A stretch of DNA of 64,000 bases, from assembly GCA_965219085.1 (NCBI GenBank), contig OZ244720.1, positions 3,104,001 through 3,168,000 on the forward strand, written 5' to 3'. The translations under genes were made by a program, and so were the position numbers. Each line of letters begins with the position of its first letter. The stretch's first letter is position 1. Below are positions 41,679-52,192 of this stretch, piece by piece. The DNA is from Dehalococcoidia bacterium. Lineage in GTDB: Bacteria; Chloroflexota; Dehalococcoidia; UBA2979. The notes under the pieces were generated by a model, which worked only from the letters and a program-made list of their open reading frames with translations, searched no databases and was not told the origin of the DNA.

Positions 41679-41707
41679 TAACGGTCGCAGATAGGCTGGA
41701 GCGACTC

Positions 41708-44140
41708 GTGCCTGACACCGCGCTGGACGATCTCCGCATCATCGAACTCGCCGAGGGGGTGGCCGGCCCCTACTGCGGCAAGCTCTTCGCCGACCTCGGC
41801 GCCGACGTCATCAAGGTCGAACCGCCCGAGGGCGACCGCGCGCGCCGCGCCGGTCCGTTCAGGAACGGTGAGCCCAACCCCGAGGGCAGCGGCGTCTTCC
41901 TCTACCTCAACACCAACAAGCGCGGCGTCACCGCCGACCTCGCCACCGACGAGGGCCGCGAGGCCGTGCTCGGCCTCCTCGCGGGCGCCGACGTGCTCGT
42001 CACCGACATGTACGAGGACGACCTGCGTGCGCTGGGCCTCGACTACGCAGACGTGCGCGAGCGCTTCCCGGCGCTCGTCTTCACCTCGCTCACCCCCTTC
42101 GGGCGAGGCGGACCGCATGGGTCGTACCGGGGCAACGCGTTCACCGTCTACCACTCGAGCGGGATGAGCACGGAGACACCGATGCAGCAGGTGCGCGATC
42201 CGGCCAACGAGCCGCCCCTCGTGCCCGGCAACCCGCAGGCCGACTACCTCACAGGCGTGACAGCGGCGGCCGCGACGATGGGCGCTATCTTCCAGCGCGA
42301 GTCGACCGGTCGTGGCCAACTCGTCGACATCTCCGGGCAGGAGGCGAACGCCAACCACGTCCGCACGACGATCTCCTCCGTCTTCCACACGCCTGACCTT
42401 GTCGCCGGCCGCGCGAAGGCCAACTTTGACTTCCTGGTGCCGGCCAGTGACGGTTATGTCTTCCTCACTCCGTACAACCTCGACCACTGGTGGGAGCGCT
42501 TCCAGCACGTCATGGGCGACCCTGAGTGGGCGACGAGCGACGCTTTCCTCACCGCGGCGGACCGCATGCTCAACTGCGACGCCATCGAGCCGCTGGTGCA
42601 CCTCTGGTCGGTGCAGCACACCCGCGCTGAGCTCTACCAGATGGCGCTCGACATCGGCTTCCCGTGCTTCCCGGTCTACTCCCCCGCCGAGATGATGGAG
42701 TCGGCCCAGTTCCAGCACCGTGGGTTCCTCGAATCCGTCGAGGACCCCGAAGCCGGGTCGTACGTGCGCCCCGGCGGGGCAGCACTGTTCTCGGGCACGC
42801 CGTTCAGGCAGGACGGCCGCGCGCCACGACTCGGCGAGCACAACGCCGAACTGCTCTCGCAGCCCGCGGCGGAGGCCGCGCCGCCGCCGTCCGGCGACCG
42901 CCGTCCGGCGCACCGCCGGGCCGCGGGGAACCTGCCGCTCAGCGGCGTGCGCGTCACGGACTTCGGGTGGATCCTCTCCGTCCCGCACTCGACGGCCTGG
43001 CTGGGCGCCCTCGGTGCCGAGGTCATCCGCATCGAGTCCGAACAACGCCTCGATCTGCTGCGCACGATGGGCATGACCCGCGGCACCGGCGGCATCCCCG
43101 GCATCGAGCGCTCAGGCCCGTTCAACGGGCTCAACTACTCGAAGCGCGGCGTGACGCTGAACATCCGGACAGACCGCGGGAAGGAACTCGCGAAGGAGCT
43201 CGTGAGCCGCAGCGACATCGTCACGATGAACTTCGCCGCCGGGGTGGGCGATCGCCTCGGCCTCGGTTACGAGGACCTCAAGGCCGTCAAGCCGGACATC
43301 ATCATGATGTCGGGCTCGCCCCTCGGTCAGACCGGCCCGGAAGCCCACTCGACCGGCTGGGGTCCGACGACGCTCGCGTACACCATGCTGCCCCACATCA
43401 CCGGCTACCCCGGTGGGACGCCGAGCTCGATGGGCGGCTCGTACCCGGACTTCATGGTCGGCGTGCACATGGCGCTCGCAATGATGAGCGCGCTGCGCTA
43501 CCGCGACCGGAGTGGCCACGGCCAGCACATCGACGTTGCGATGGGCGAGTCAGTCGTGGCGATGACGCCCGAACCGCTCCTCGAGTGGACGATGCTCGGC
43601 GTCGACCCGCAGATGCGCGGCAACCGGGACCCCGCCCGCGCGCCCCAGGGCGTCTATCCCTCGGCCGGCGACGACCGCTGGGTTGCCGTGTCCGTCGAGG
43701 ACGAGGCGATGTGGGCAGGCTTGCGCGAGGTCCTCGGCGACCCCGCCTGGGCGCGGGAACCCGAGCTCGACACCCTCCAGGGCAGGCAGGCGCGCCACGA
43801 TGACATCGACCGCGAGTTGAGCGCGTGGACGGCCACGCGCACGTCGCATGAGGCCGCCACGCTGCTCCAGCGCGCGGGCGTAGCCGCGGCGCCCGTGCTC
43901 GCCGGGCCGGAACTGGTCGAGGATCCGCAGTTGCGTCATCGGGGCTTCTTCGTGGACATCGACCACCCCGAGGTGGGCGTGAAGGCCTCAGCCGGCATCC
44001 CGCTTCGGTTCAGCGAGACGCAGCTCCACTACAGTTCGGCGCCGATGCTCGGTCAGCACAACCGCGAGGTGTTCACGGACCTCGTCGGCATGGAACCGGA
44101 GGAGTTCGATCGGCTCATCCGGGACTCCGTCATCGTCTAG
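41708..44140 (+). CDS. Two-domain family III CoA-transferase, paralog 1
   Basis: Two CaiB units (ADLGADVIKVE..NKRG..QAD; LGAEVIRIE..SKRG..YPD). Confidence 0.92.
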   Translation: MPDTALDDLRIIELAEGVAGPYCGKLFADLGADVIKVEPPEGDRARRAGPFRNGEPNPEGSGVFLYLNTNKRGVTADLATDEGREAVLGLLAGADVLVTDMYEDDLRALGLDYADVRERFPALVFTSLTPFGRGGPHGSYRGNAFTVYHSSGMSTETPMQQVRDPANEPPLVPGNPQADYLTGVTAAAATMGAIFQRESTGRGQLVDISGQEANANHVRTTISSVFHTPDLVAGRAKANFDFLVPASDGYVFLTPYNLDHWWERFQHVMGDPEWATSDAFLTAADRMLNCDAIEPLVHLWSVQHTRAELYQMALDIGFPCFPVYSPAEMMESAQFQHRGFLESVEDPEAGSYVRPGGAALFSGTPFRQDGRAPRLGEHNAELLSQPAAEAAPPPSGDRRPAHRRAAGNLPLSGVRVTDFGWILSVPHSTAWLGALGAEVIRIESEQRLDLLRTMGMTRGTGGIPGIERSGPFNGLNYSKRGVTLNIRTDRGKELAKELVSRSDIVTMNFAAGVGDRLGLGYEDLKAVKPDIIMMSGSPLGQTGPEAHSTGWGPTTLAYTMLPHITGYPGGTPSSMGGSYPDFMVGVHMALAMMSALRYRDRSGHGQHIDVAMGESVVAMTPEPLLEWTMLGVDPQMRGNRDPARAPQGVYPSAGDDRWVAVSVEDEAMWAGLREVLGDPAWAREPELDTLQGRQARHDDIDRELSAWTATRTSHEAATLLQRAGVAAAPVLAGPELVEDPQLRHRGFFVDIDHPEVGVKASAGIPLRFSETQLHYSSAPMLGQHNREVFTDLVGMEPEEFDRLIRDSVIV

Positions 44141-44223
44141 CTGCCATACCTGCAGGGGCCTCCGCCGCCCACATACGCGCGCATCCTCTATAACGGGAGG
44201 AGCAAACACGGCGGGAGGAACCC

Positions 44224-46656
44224 GTGCCTGACACCGCGTTGGACGATCTCCGCATCATCGAACTCGCCGAGGGGGTGGCCGGCCCCTACTGCGGCAAGCT
44301 CTTCGCCGACCTCGGCGCCGACGTCATCAAGGTCGAACCGCCCGAGGGCGACCGCGCGCGCCGCGCCGGTCCGTTCAGGGACGGTGAGCCGAACCCCGAG
44401 GGCAGCGGCGTCTTCCTCTACCTCAACACCAACAAGCGCGGCGTCACCGCCGACATCGCCACCGACGAGGGCCGCGAGGCGGTGCTCGCCCTCCTCGCCG
44501 GCGCCGACGTGCTCGTCACCGACATGTACGAGGACGACCTGCGTGCGCTCGGCCTCGACTACGCCGACCTGCGCGAGCGCTTCCCCGCGCTTGTCTTCAC
44601 CTCGCTCACGCCGTACGGGCGCGGCGGGCCGCATGGGTCGTACCGGGGCAACGCGTTCACCGTGTACCACTCCAGCGGGCTCGGCTGGGAGACGCCGCCG
44701 CAGCAGGTGAGCGACCCGGCTAACCAGCCGCCACTCGCACCCGGCAACCCACAGGCCGACTACTTCACCGGTATCACGGGCGCCGCGGCGACGATGGGTG
44801 CGCTGTTCCAGCGCGAGTCGAGCGGCCGCGGCCAGCTCGTCGACATCTCCGGGCAGGAGGCGAACGCCAACCACGTGCGCCTGACGATCTCCTCGGTCGT
44901 CCACACGCCCGACCTCGTCCCCGGGCGCGAGAAGGGCAACTTCGACTTCCTCGTGCCGGCCAGTGACGGTTATGTCTTCCTCACTCCGTACAACCTCGAC
45001 CACTGGTGGGTGCGATTCCAGCACCTCATGGGCGACCCCGACTGGGCGGCGAGCGACGCCTTCCTCACCGCCGAGGACCGAGGGCTCAACTGCGACGCCA
45101 TCGAGCCGCTGGTGCACTTGTGGTCGGTGCAGTACACGCGCGCCGAGCTGTACCAGATGGCGCTCGACATCAGCATCCCGTGCTTCCCCGTCTACTCCCC
45201 CGCCGAGATGATGGAGTCCGCGCAGTTCAAGGACCGAGGGTTCCTCGAGTCCGTCGAACACCCCGAGGCCGGGTCGTACACGCGTCCGGGACCGGCCGCC
45301 GTGCTCTCCCGCACTCCCTCGAGCCAGGACGGGCCCGCGCCGCGCCTGGGCGAGCACAACGCCGAGTTGCTCTCGCAGCCAGCAGTGGAGGCCCCGCCAG
45401 CCCCGTCCGGCGACCGCCGTCCCGCACACCGCAGGGCGGCCGGCAACCTACCGCTGAGCGGCGTGCGCGTGGCCGACTTCGGGTGGATCCTCTCCGCCCC
45501 GCACTCGACGGCCTGGCTGGGCGCCCTCGGCGCCGAGGTCATCCGAGTCGAGTCCGAGCAGCGCCTCGACCTGCTGCGCACGATGGGCCTCACGCGCGGT
45601 ACCGGCGGCATCCCCGGCCTCGAGCGTTCCGGTTCATTCAACGGGCTCAACTACTCGAAGCACGGCGTGACGCTCAACCTGCACTCGGAGCGCGGCAAGG
45701 AGCTCGCGAAGGAGCTGGTCAGCCGCAGCGATATCGTCACCGCGAACTTCGCGGCCGGGGTCATCGAGCGCCTCGGCCTGGGCTACGAGGACCTCAAGGC
45801 GGTGAAGCCGGACATCATCATGATGTCGGGCTCGCCGCTCGGGCAGACCGGCCCCGAGAGCCACTCGACGGGCTGGGGTCCGACGACGCTCGCGTACACC
45901 ACCCTGCCCTACGTCACCGGCTACCGCGGCGGCACGCCCAGCTCGATGGGCGGCGCCTACCCCGACTTCGCCATCGGCGTGCAGATGGCCTTCTCGATGA
46001 TGACGGCGCTGCGCTACCGCGACCGCACCGGCCACGGCCAGCACGTCGACGTCGCGATGGGCGAGACGGTCGTCGCGATGACGCCCGAGCCGCTCCTCGA
46101 ATGGACGATGGCCGGCATCGACCCGCAGATGCGCGGCAACCGCGACCCGGACTGCGCGCCGCAGGGCGTGTACCCGTCGGCGGGCGAGGACGCATGGGTG
46201 GCGATCTCCGTCGAGGACGACGACGGCTGGTCACGACTGCGGAGCGCCCTCGGTGATCCGCAGTGGGCGCAGGACCCTGGATTCGCCACACTCGAAGGCC
46301 GCCAGGCGCGACACGACGACATCGACCGCGAGTTGAGCGCGTGGACGGCCGGCCGCACCGCGGACGAGGCGACCGAGCTGCTCCAGCAGGCCGGGATCGC
46401 GTCGACGCCGGTGCTCAACGGCCCGGCGCTGGTCGACGACCCGCAGTTGCGGCACCGCGGCTTCCTCGTCGATATCGACCACCCCGAGGTGGGCGTGAAG
46501 GCGTCGGCCGGTATCCCCCTGCGCTACAGCGAGACGCAGCTCCACTATGGCTCGGCGCCGCTGCTCGGCGAGCACAACCGCGAGGTGTTCACGGGCCTCG
46601 TCGGCGTCGAGCCCGAGGAGTTCGAGCAACTCATCCGGGACTCGGTTATCGTCTGA
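44224..46656 (+). CDS. Two-domain family III CoA-transferase, paralog 2
   Basis: Colinear 810-aa paralog of the preceding gene. Confidence 0.92.
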   Translation: MPDTALDDLRIIELAEGVAGPYCGKLFADLGADVIKVEPPEGDRARRAGPFRDGEPNPEGSGVFLYLNTNKRGVTADIATDEGREAVLALLAGADVLVTDMYEDDLRALGLDYADLRERFPALVFTSLTPYGRGGPHGSYRGNAFTVYHSSGLGWETPPQQVSDPANQPPLAPGNPQADYFTGITGAAATMGALFQRESSGRGQLVDISGQEANANHVRLTISSVVHTPDLVPGREKGNFDFLVPASDGYVFLTPYNLDHWWVRFQHLMGDPDWAASDAFLTAEDRGLNCDAIEPLVHLWSVQYTRAELYQMALDISIPCFPVYSPAEMMESAQFKDRGFLESVEHPEAGSYTRPGPAAVLSRTPSSQDGPAPRLGEHNAELLSQPAVEAPPAPSGDRRPAHRRAAGNLPLSGVRVADFGWILSAPHSTAWLGALGAEVIRVESEQRLDLLRTMGLTRGTGGIPGLERSGSFNGLNYSKHGVTLNLHSERGKELAKELVSRSDIVTANFAAGVIERLGLGYEDLKAVKPDIIMMSGSPLGQTGPESHSTGWGPTTLAYTTLPYVTGYRGGTPSSMGGAYPDFAIGVQMAFSMMTALRYRDRTGHGQHVDVAMGETVVAMTPEPLLEWTMAGIDPQMRGNRDPDCAPQGVYPSAGEDAWVAISVEDDDGWSRLRSALGDPQWAQDPGFATLEGRQARHDDIDRELSAWTAGRTADEATELLQQAGIASTPVLNGPALVDDPQLRHRGFLVDIDHPEVGVKASAGIPLRYSETQLHYGSAPLLGEHNREVFTGLVGVEPEEFEQLIRDSVIV

Positions 46657-46795
46657 CGGACCCGCCGCCCGGCGGGCGCAATCAGGTTCGAGCGCGGCAG
46701 CCCGCGGCTGTTACGTGTGCACGGGATCGGCAGCCGGGGGCTGCCTGAAGGCCTGCGAGGAATCCTCGCGTCCCAGAAAGGGAGTCGGGAACGGT

Positions 46796-47653
46796 ATGGA
46801 GTACCACCACATCCTCGTCGATCGGGAAGACGGCGTCGTCACGATCACGATGAACCAGCCGCAGCACCTCAACCCGTGGCTGATCCCGATGATGGAAGAG
46901 ATGATGGTCGAAATCGACCTCGTCGCGGTGAACCCGGACGACAAGGTGCTGGTCTTCACCGGCGCGGGTACCGCCTTCTCCGCCGGCGGCGACGTCCACT
47001 CGATGGGCGGCATCGACCACGCCGACCCGCACTTCATGAAGTGGCTGCCCGACCACAAGCGCGGCTTCCTGACGTACCCGACGATGACCGCCGAGGAGCG
47101 GATGGAGAATAAGACGTTCAGCGGGACGCCGATTCACAAGAAGGTGTTCAACCTCGACAAGCCGACGATCGCGGCCGTCAACGGCGTCGCCGCCGGCGCC
47201 GGCGCGGACCTCGCGCTGACGTGCGACCTGCGCATCGCCTCGGATACCGCGCGCTTCATCGAGGTCTACATCAGGCGCGCGTTCATCCCCCTCGACGGCG
47301 GCGCCTTCTGGGCCCCGTACCACCTGCCGCACGCCAAGGCGATGGAGATGCTGCTGACCGGCGACGCGATGAGCGCCGAGGAGGCGAAGCACTTCGGCCT
47401 CGTCAACGACGTGGTGCCGCCCGACGAGCTGATGCCTCGCACGATGGAGCTGGCGAAGCGTCTCGCTCGAGGCCCGTCGTTGGCCATCCAGTTGACGAAG
47501 CACATGGTGCGCGAGATCCACATGCGCAAGGGCTACGAGCAGATGTGGGACCTCGCGGCGCAGGCGGGACCTCAAGCGATGCAGAGTGCGGACGCGGACG
47601 AGGGCGTGCAGTCGTTCCTGGAGAAGCGCCGGCCGGAGTTCAAGGGGTTCTAG
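46796..47653 (+). CDS. Enoyl-CoA hydratase/isomerase family protein
   Basis: FSAGGDV, KPTIAAVNGVAAGAG, SFLEKR. Confidence 0.9.
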   Translation: MEYHHILVDREDGVVTITMNQPQHLNPWLIPMMEEMMVEIDLVAVNPDDKVLVFTGAGTAFSAGGDVHSMGGIDHADPHFMKWLPDHKRGFLTYPTMTAEERMENKTFSGTPIHKKVFNLDKPTIAAVNGVAAGAGADLALTCDLRIASDTARFIEVYIRRAFIPLDGGAFWAPYHLPHAKAMEMLLTGDAMSAEEAKHFGLVNDVVPPDELMPRTMELAKRLARGPSLAIQLTKHMVREIHMRKGYEQMWDLAAQAGPQAMQSADADEGVQSFLEKRRPEFKGF

Positions 47654-47672
47654 CGAGCGAAGCTCCGGGGAG

Positions 47673-48143
47673 TCAGAGCCTCGGCGCGGCTCCGTTACCA
47701 CCCTCGGTGGCGAGCACGGCGTCGCGCCAATTGTCGATGTCGGCGGGGTCCAGGCGAATCACGCCCGGGATACCGTCGAACTCCCGGTCGGCGGAAACGA
47801 CTCGTTCTACACGCAGGCGTCGCATCACCGCGACGTGGATCAGGTCACGGGCGCTCGCCCGGATGGCGCGGTCCGCCAGCTCAATCGCGACGCCGACATC
47901 CTCCGCGTAGACCGGCTCTGTCCTGCCCCGCATCAGCGCGACGAAGCGCTCAAGCGTATAGCGGCCGGCGGGCCACCGCCTCGGTGTGCTGAAGCGGTGC
48001 AAGAGCTCCTGTAACACCTCGACGTTCGTGACGAAGTTTCCTGGGTGGCCCGAAGCCAGGTCGAGCACTTCGATGCACGGTCGCTTCTGTGGATGCGCAC
48101 CGCCCGCCGCGTAGATCGGGACGTTGGTGTCAAGGAAGGCCAT
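47673..48143 (-). CDS. vapC: VapC PIN-domain toxin
   Basis: FLDTNVPIYA, EVLQE, ARDLIHVA, SADREFD. Confidence 0.9.
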   Translation of the reverse strand: MAFLDTNVPIYAAGGAHPQKRPCIEVLDLASGHPGNFVTNVEVLQELLHRFSTPRRWPAGRYTLERFVALMRGRTEPVYAEDVGVAIELADRAIRASARDLIHVAVMRRLRVERVVSADREFDGIPGVIRLDPADIDNWRDAVLATEGGNGAAPRL

Positions 48144-48381
48144 CGGACTCATACCGCGACTCCAACTCCCGAAAGAGGTCCTGCGGATCGTCTGGGACAT
48201 CCATCTCCATCGCGGCGATCTCGCGCACGAGCTGGCGGCGCCGCTCACGCATGACGGCTTCCCATGCATCGTCGATCAGGCGGCGGACGACCTCGGAAAT
48301 CGTGGCGTCCTGCTCCTCCGCGATATCGTCGAGCCGTTGGCGCTGCTCGTCGTCCAACCGGACTTCGACTCGCGAGACCAT
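48130..48381 (-). CDS. CopG/RHH antitoxin
   Basis: RVEVRLD..RLD.IA..TISEVVRRLI; overlaps vapC. Confidence 0.8.
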   Translation of the reverse strand: MVSRVEVRLDDEQRQRLDDIAEEQDATISEVVRRLIDDAWEAVMRERRRQLVREIAAMEMDVPDDPQDLFRELESRYESDGLP

Positions 48382-48404
48382 GGTGCCCTCCCGTCCGGCT
48401 TCTC

Positions 48405-48443
48405 CTGTACGGTACAGAGTGTACGGCAGAACACGTACGGCAC
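48405..48443 (-). promoter_or_regulatory. Putative RHH operator
   Basis: GTACGG at 48407, 48421 and 48435 (period 14); CTGTAC-G-GTACAG palindrome. Confidence 0.6.
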
Positions 48444-48522
48444 GCACGCACCGGGGCCGCTCACCTCGCGATCTGCGATACTCCCCGCTGGCCCACGCGC
48501 ACGACGGCAAGCGGAGGACACC

Positions 48523-49521
48523 ATGCAGGCGTACCAGCTCACCCCCGGCGGCGGCATCGACGGCATCACGCAGGTCGGGTTGCCCGATCCCGAGCCCGCC
48601 GCCGACGAGGTGGTGATCCGCGTCCGCGCCACCTCGCTCAACTACCGCGACCTCATGCTCGCGAGCGGTACCCGCGAGCCGATCATCCCGCTCTCCGACG
48701 GCGCCGGCGAGGTCGTCGCCGTGGGCGACGAGGTCACCCGCTTCGCCGCCGGCGACCGCGTCACGAGCTGCTTCTTCCTCGACTGGGTCGACGGCGCCGG
48801 CACGCCCGCGAACACGCGCCGCGCACTCGGCGGTGGCGACACCAACGGCACGCTCGCCGAACTGATAGCGCTGCCTGAGCGCGCGGTCGTCGCTACGCCC
48901 GCGCACATGACCGACGAGGAGGCCTCGACGCTGCCATGCGCCGCGCTCACGGCGTGGTGCTCGATGTTCCCAGTCGCCGGGCTGCAGCCTGGGGCAAGCG
49001 TGCTGCTGCTCGGCACCGGCGGCGTCTCCATCGCCGGGCTACAGCTCGCCGCGGTCGCCGGGGTGCGCAGCTTCATTACCTCGAGTAGCGACGAGAAGCT
49101 GGCGCGCGCCCGCGAGCACGGCGCGGACCACACCATCAACTACGTCGACGATGACAACTGGGGCCGCACCGTCCGCGAACTCACGGACGGCCGAGGCGTC
49201 GACCTCACGCTCGAGGTCGGCGGCGAGGGCACGTTCGCGAAGTCGATGACCGCGACGCGCTTCGGTGGGGACATCGCGCTCATCGGCGGGCTCGCCCGCG
49301 AGGAGTCGGACGACACGCAGGTGCCCCTCGTCGGCCGCGGGCTGCGTGCGACACGTATCTACGTCGGCAGCCGCGCGATGTTCGAGGCGATGAACCGCGC
49401 GCTGGAGCTGCGCGAGGTGCACCCCGTCGTCGATCGCGTGTTCGAGTTCGGCGAGGCGCGCGAGGCGTACCGCTACCTCGAATCGCAGGCGCACTTCGGC
49501 AAGGTCGTCATCCGGGTGTAG
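48523..49521 (+). CDS. MDR-family NAD(P)-dependent oxidoreductase
   Basis: SLNYRD, PLSDGAGEV, LPCAALTAW, GTGGVS, HFGKVVI. Confidence 0.9.
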   Translation: MQAYQLTPGGGIDGITQVGLPDPEPAADEVVIRVRATSLNYRDLMLASGTREPIIPLSDGAGEVVAVGDEVTRFAAGDRVTSCFFLDWVDGAGTPANTRRALGGGDTNGTLAELIALPERAVVATPAHMTDEEASTLPCAALTAWCSMFPVAGLQPGASVLLLGTGGVSIAGLQLAAVAGVRSFITSSSDEKLARAREHGADHTINYVDDDNWGRTVRELTDGRGVDLTLEVGGEGTFAKSMTATRFGGDIALIGGLAREESDDTQVPLVGRGLRATRIYVGSRAMFEAMNRALELREVHPVVDRVFEFGEAREAYRYLESQAHFGKVVIRV

Positions 49522-49561
49522 CGACGCTCCGTACGGCTGACCGCGCCCGCCCGAGACGAGC

Positions 49562-49590
49562 ATTGGGCCGCCCTCGAAGGGCGGCCCAAT
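49562..49590. terminator. Hairpin between convergent genes, probable bidirectional terminator
   Basis: ATTGGGCCGCCCT-CGA-AGGGCGGCCCAAT. Confidence 0.7.
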
Positions 49591-49611
49591 TCGCTGGGTT
49601 GCCGGGATGCG

Positions 49612-50823
49612 CTACCCGCGAGGCAGCCCCAGCCCGCGCGTCGCGATGATGTTGCGCTGGATCTCCGAGGACCCCCCGCCGATCGTCGAGGGGATCGAGC
49701 GGACGTAGCCGCGGATGTGCTTGCCGTTCAGCGGCGCCCTCGGGTCGCCCGGCCACAGGTCGCCGTACAGCCCGAACGTGCGGATGCCGACGCGGTACAG
49801 CTCCTGGCCGTGCTCAGTCGAGAACATCTTGCCGATCGACGCCTCGTAGTTCGGCACCATGCCCGCAGCCTGCATCGACGCGATGCGCATCGAGAGCTGG
49901 TAGCAGACCTCGATCGCGACTGCGCGGTCGACGAGCCGGTCGCGCAGCGCGGGGTTCCGTGCGAGCGTCGAGCGGTCGTCGTTGCGAGCCGCCTCGAGCA
50001 ACTCGTTGAGGTCCTGGAGTTGCGTGACTGCGCCGGAGATGCCGGAGCGCTCGTAGTCGAGCAGCGTCATGCCGACATACCAGCCACGGTCGACCTCGCC
50101 GAGCACGTTGGCCGCGGGGACGCGCACGTCCTCGAAGAACGTCTCGTTGACGTGGTGGCCCCACGCCATGTCGATCAGCGGGCGCACGGTCAGGCCCGGC
50201 GTCTTGATGTCGTCGATGAGCAGGAACGAGATGCCGCGGTGCTTCGGCGCGTCCGGGTTGGTGCGCACGAGCGCGAAGATGGCCGTGGCCTGGTGCGCCG
50301 ACGACGTCCAGATCTTCTGCCCGTTCACCACGAACTCGTCGCCGTCGCGCGTCGCGCGCGTCTGCAGCGAGCCGAGATCGGACCCGGCGCCCGGCTCCGA
50401 GTAGCCCTGCGTCCAGCGGGTCTCGCCGGAGAGGATGGCCGGCAGGTACTTCTGCTTCTGCTCGTCGGTGCCATGCACCAGCAGCGTCGGGCCGAGCAGC
50501 ATCACGCCGCTGCCGCCGACGGGCGGGGCCATGGCCCTTGCCATCTCCTCGTTGAAGATGAACTGCTCCATCGCGGTCAGGCCCGCGCCGCCGTACTCCG
50601 ACGGCCAGTGCGGCGCCACCCATCCGCGCTCGGAGAGGGCGTTCGCCCACTCGCGCGCGGCGTCGCGGACCTCGGCGCTGTCGTTGTGCAGGTCCTCGTA
50701 CCACGTGTACATGCCGACGTCGTGCCGTGGTATGTCGGTGAGCGTCCTGGGGAGCCGGGCCCGGATGAAGGTGGCGACGTCCTCGCGGAAAGTCGCTTGC
50801 TCGGCGTTGTCGCTCCAGTCCAT
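49612..50823 (-). CDS. Acyl-CoA dehydrogenase
   Basis: QGYSEPGAGSDL, NGQKIWTS, TIGGGSSEIQRN. Confidence 0.93.
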   Translation of the reverse strand: MDWSDNAEQATFREDVATFIRARLPRTLTDIPRHDVGMYTWYEDLHNDSAEVRDAAREWANALSERGWVAPHWPSEYGGAGLTAMEQFIFNEEMARAMAPPVGGSGVMLLGPTLLVHGTDEQKQKYLPAILSGETRWTQGYSEPGAGSDLGSLQTRATRDGDEFVVNGQKIWTSSAHQATAIFALVRTNPDAPKHRGISFLLIDDIKTPGLTVRPLIDMAWGHHVNETFFEDVRVPAANVLGEVDRGWYVGMTLLDYERSGISGAVTQLQDLNELLEAARNDDRSTLARNPALRDRLVDRAVAIEVCYQLSMRIASMQAAGMVPNYEASIGKMFSTEHGQELYRVGIRTFGLYGDLWPGDPRAPLNGKHIRGYVRSIPSTIGGGSSEIQRNIIATRGLGLPRG

Positions 50824-50903
50824 AGTGTGCCTCCATTCGCAGCCGGCGCGCTCGCGCCGTGCCGCGACTATACCCAAACGTGGTCGATCGCGGCGTCCGG
50901 CGC

Positions 50904-51431
50904 CTATCCGCCGAGGCGATCCGCGAACTCGGCGGCGGTGAGCACCGTCGCCTGCCGCGGGAACACCTTCTCGGTGAGCACGCGGTGCACTTCCTCGTCG
51001 CCGTCGTCGCAGCCGTCTTTCACGACGACGATTTGGTAGCTGATGTCGGCGCCCCAGCGCAGCGTCGAGAGCACGCAGCCGCTGGTGGCGACGCCCATCA
51101 GCACGAGGGTGTCGCGACCGTCCTCGCGCAGGATCGCGTCGAGGCCCGTCGTCGAGAACGAGCCGGCGCGCACCTTGCGGATGATCTGCTCACCCTCGAC
51201 CGGCGCGACGCCGGGGTGGATCTCCACGTCGGGCGAATCGGCCTCGAACTGCGCGCCGCGGTGCACGATGTAGAAGACGGGTATGCCCGCCCCTCGCGCC
51301 GCCGCGAGCGCCGACGCTGCGCGTTCGACGACCCCTTCGGGGTCGCTGGCGTAGGGCCCGACGATCCCGACCTGGAAGTCCATGATCACGACTGCCGTAC
51401 GTCCGGGGTCGATCGTCGCTTCCTGTGTCAC
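50904..51431 (-). CDS. Isochorismatase-like cysteine hydrolase
   Basis: MDFQ, K.R.GSF, GVATSGCV. Confidence 0.88.
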   Translation of the reverse strand: MTQEATIDPGRTAVVIMDFQVGIVGPYASDPEGVVERAASALAAARGAGIPVFYIVHRGAQFEADSPDVEIHPGVAPVEGEQIIRKVRAGSFSTTGLDAILREDGRDTLVLMGVATSGCVLSTLRWGADISYQIVVVKDGCDDGDEEVHRVLTEKVFPRQATVLTAAEFADRLGG

Positions 51432-51478
51432 GTTGTCCTGCCTCCTCCGTTGCCGCCCTGAGCGCGCACATTGCGCGC

Positions 51479-52192
51479 TCACCAGGCGAGCGTGCCTCCG
51501 TCTACCGTGCGGAACGTGCCGGCATCGTCGGGCCCCGCGCCCAGCACGAGGTCGGCGAGCCGGCGCGCCGACTCCTCGGGCGTCAGCGGCGCCGCCGAGC
51601 CGCCCATCGAGGTCGAAACCCAGCCCGGGCTCGCCGAGAACGCGACGATGCCGTCGCGCCGCACCGTCGCCGCGAGCTGCTTTGTGAGCGCGTTCTGGAG
51701 CGCCTTCGCCGGCGCGTAGTACGTCGACCCCGCGTTCATGTCGGCGATGCTGCCGAGGCTGGACGAGATGCTCACGGCGACCGCACCACGCCCCATCAGC
51801 GGCAATAGCGCCCGCGTCACGCGCAGCATCCCGACGCCGTGCACCTGCAACTGGTACTCGAGGTCCTCGATCGGGGCGGTCACGATCGAAGGGCCGTCCG
51901 CGGAACCGATGCCGGCGTTGTTCACGAGCAGGTCGACGCGGTCGAGGTGCTCCGTGCACCAGCGCCCGAACGCCGCGACCGATGCGTCCGAGGTCACCTC
52001 GACCTGGGCCGCGAGCACGTCGGGGTCCGCGTCCGCCGCTTCGAGGAGTGCGCGGGCGGTGGCGGGGTCGCGGTACGTGCCGGCGACGGGCGCACAGCCG
52101 CGGGCGCGCAACTCGTGCACGAGCGCGAGTCCGATGCCGTCGGCGCGGTTCGCGCCGGTCACGACGGCTGTGCGCGGCGCGTGTGCGGTCAT
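51479..52192 (-). CDS. SDR-family oxidoreductase (C-factor-like)
   Basis: TGANRADGIG, NNAG, YAPAK, PGWVST. Confidence 0.88.
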   Translation of the reverse strand: MTAHAPRTAVVTGANRADGIGLALVHELRARGCAPVAGTYRDPATARALLEAADADPDVLAAQVEVTSDASVAAFGRWCTEHLDRVDLLVNNAGIGSADGPSIVTAPIEDLEYQLQVHGVGMLRVTRALLPLMGRGAVAVSISSSLGSIADMNAGSTYYAPAKALQNALTKQLAATVRRDGIVAFSASPGWVSTSMGGSAAPLTPEESARRLADLVLGAGPDDAGTFRTVDGGTLAW

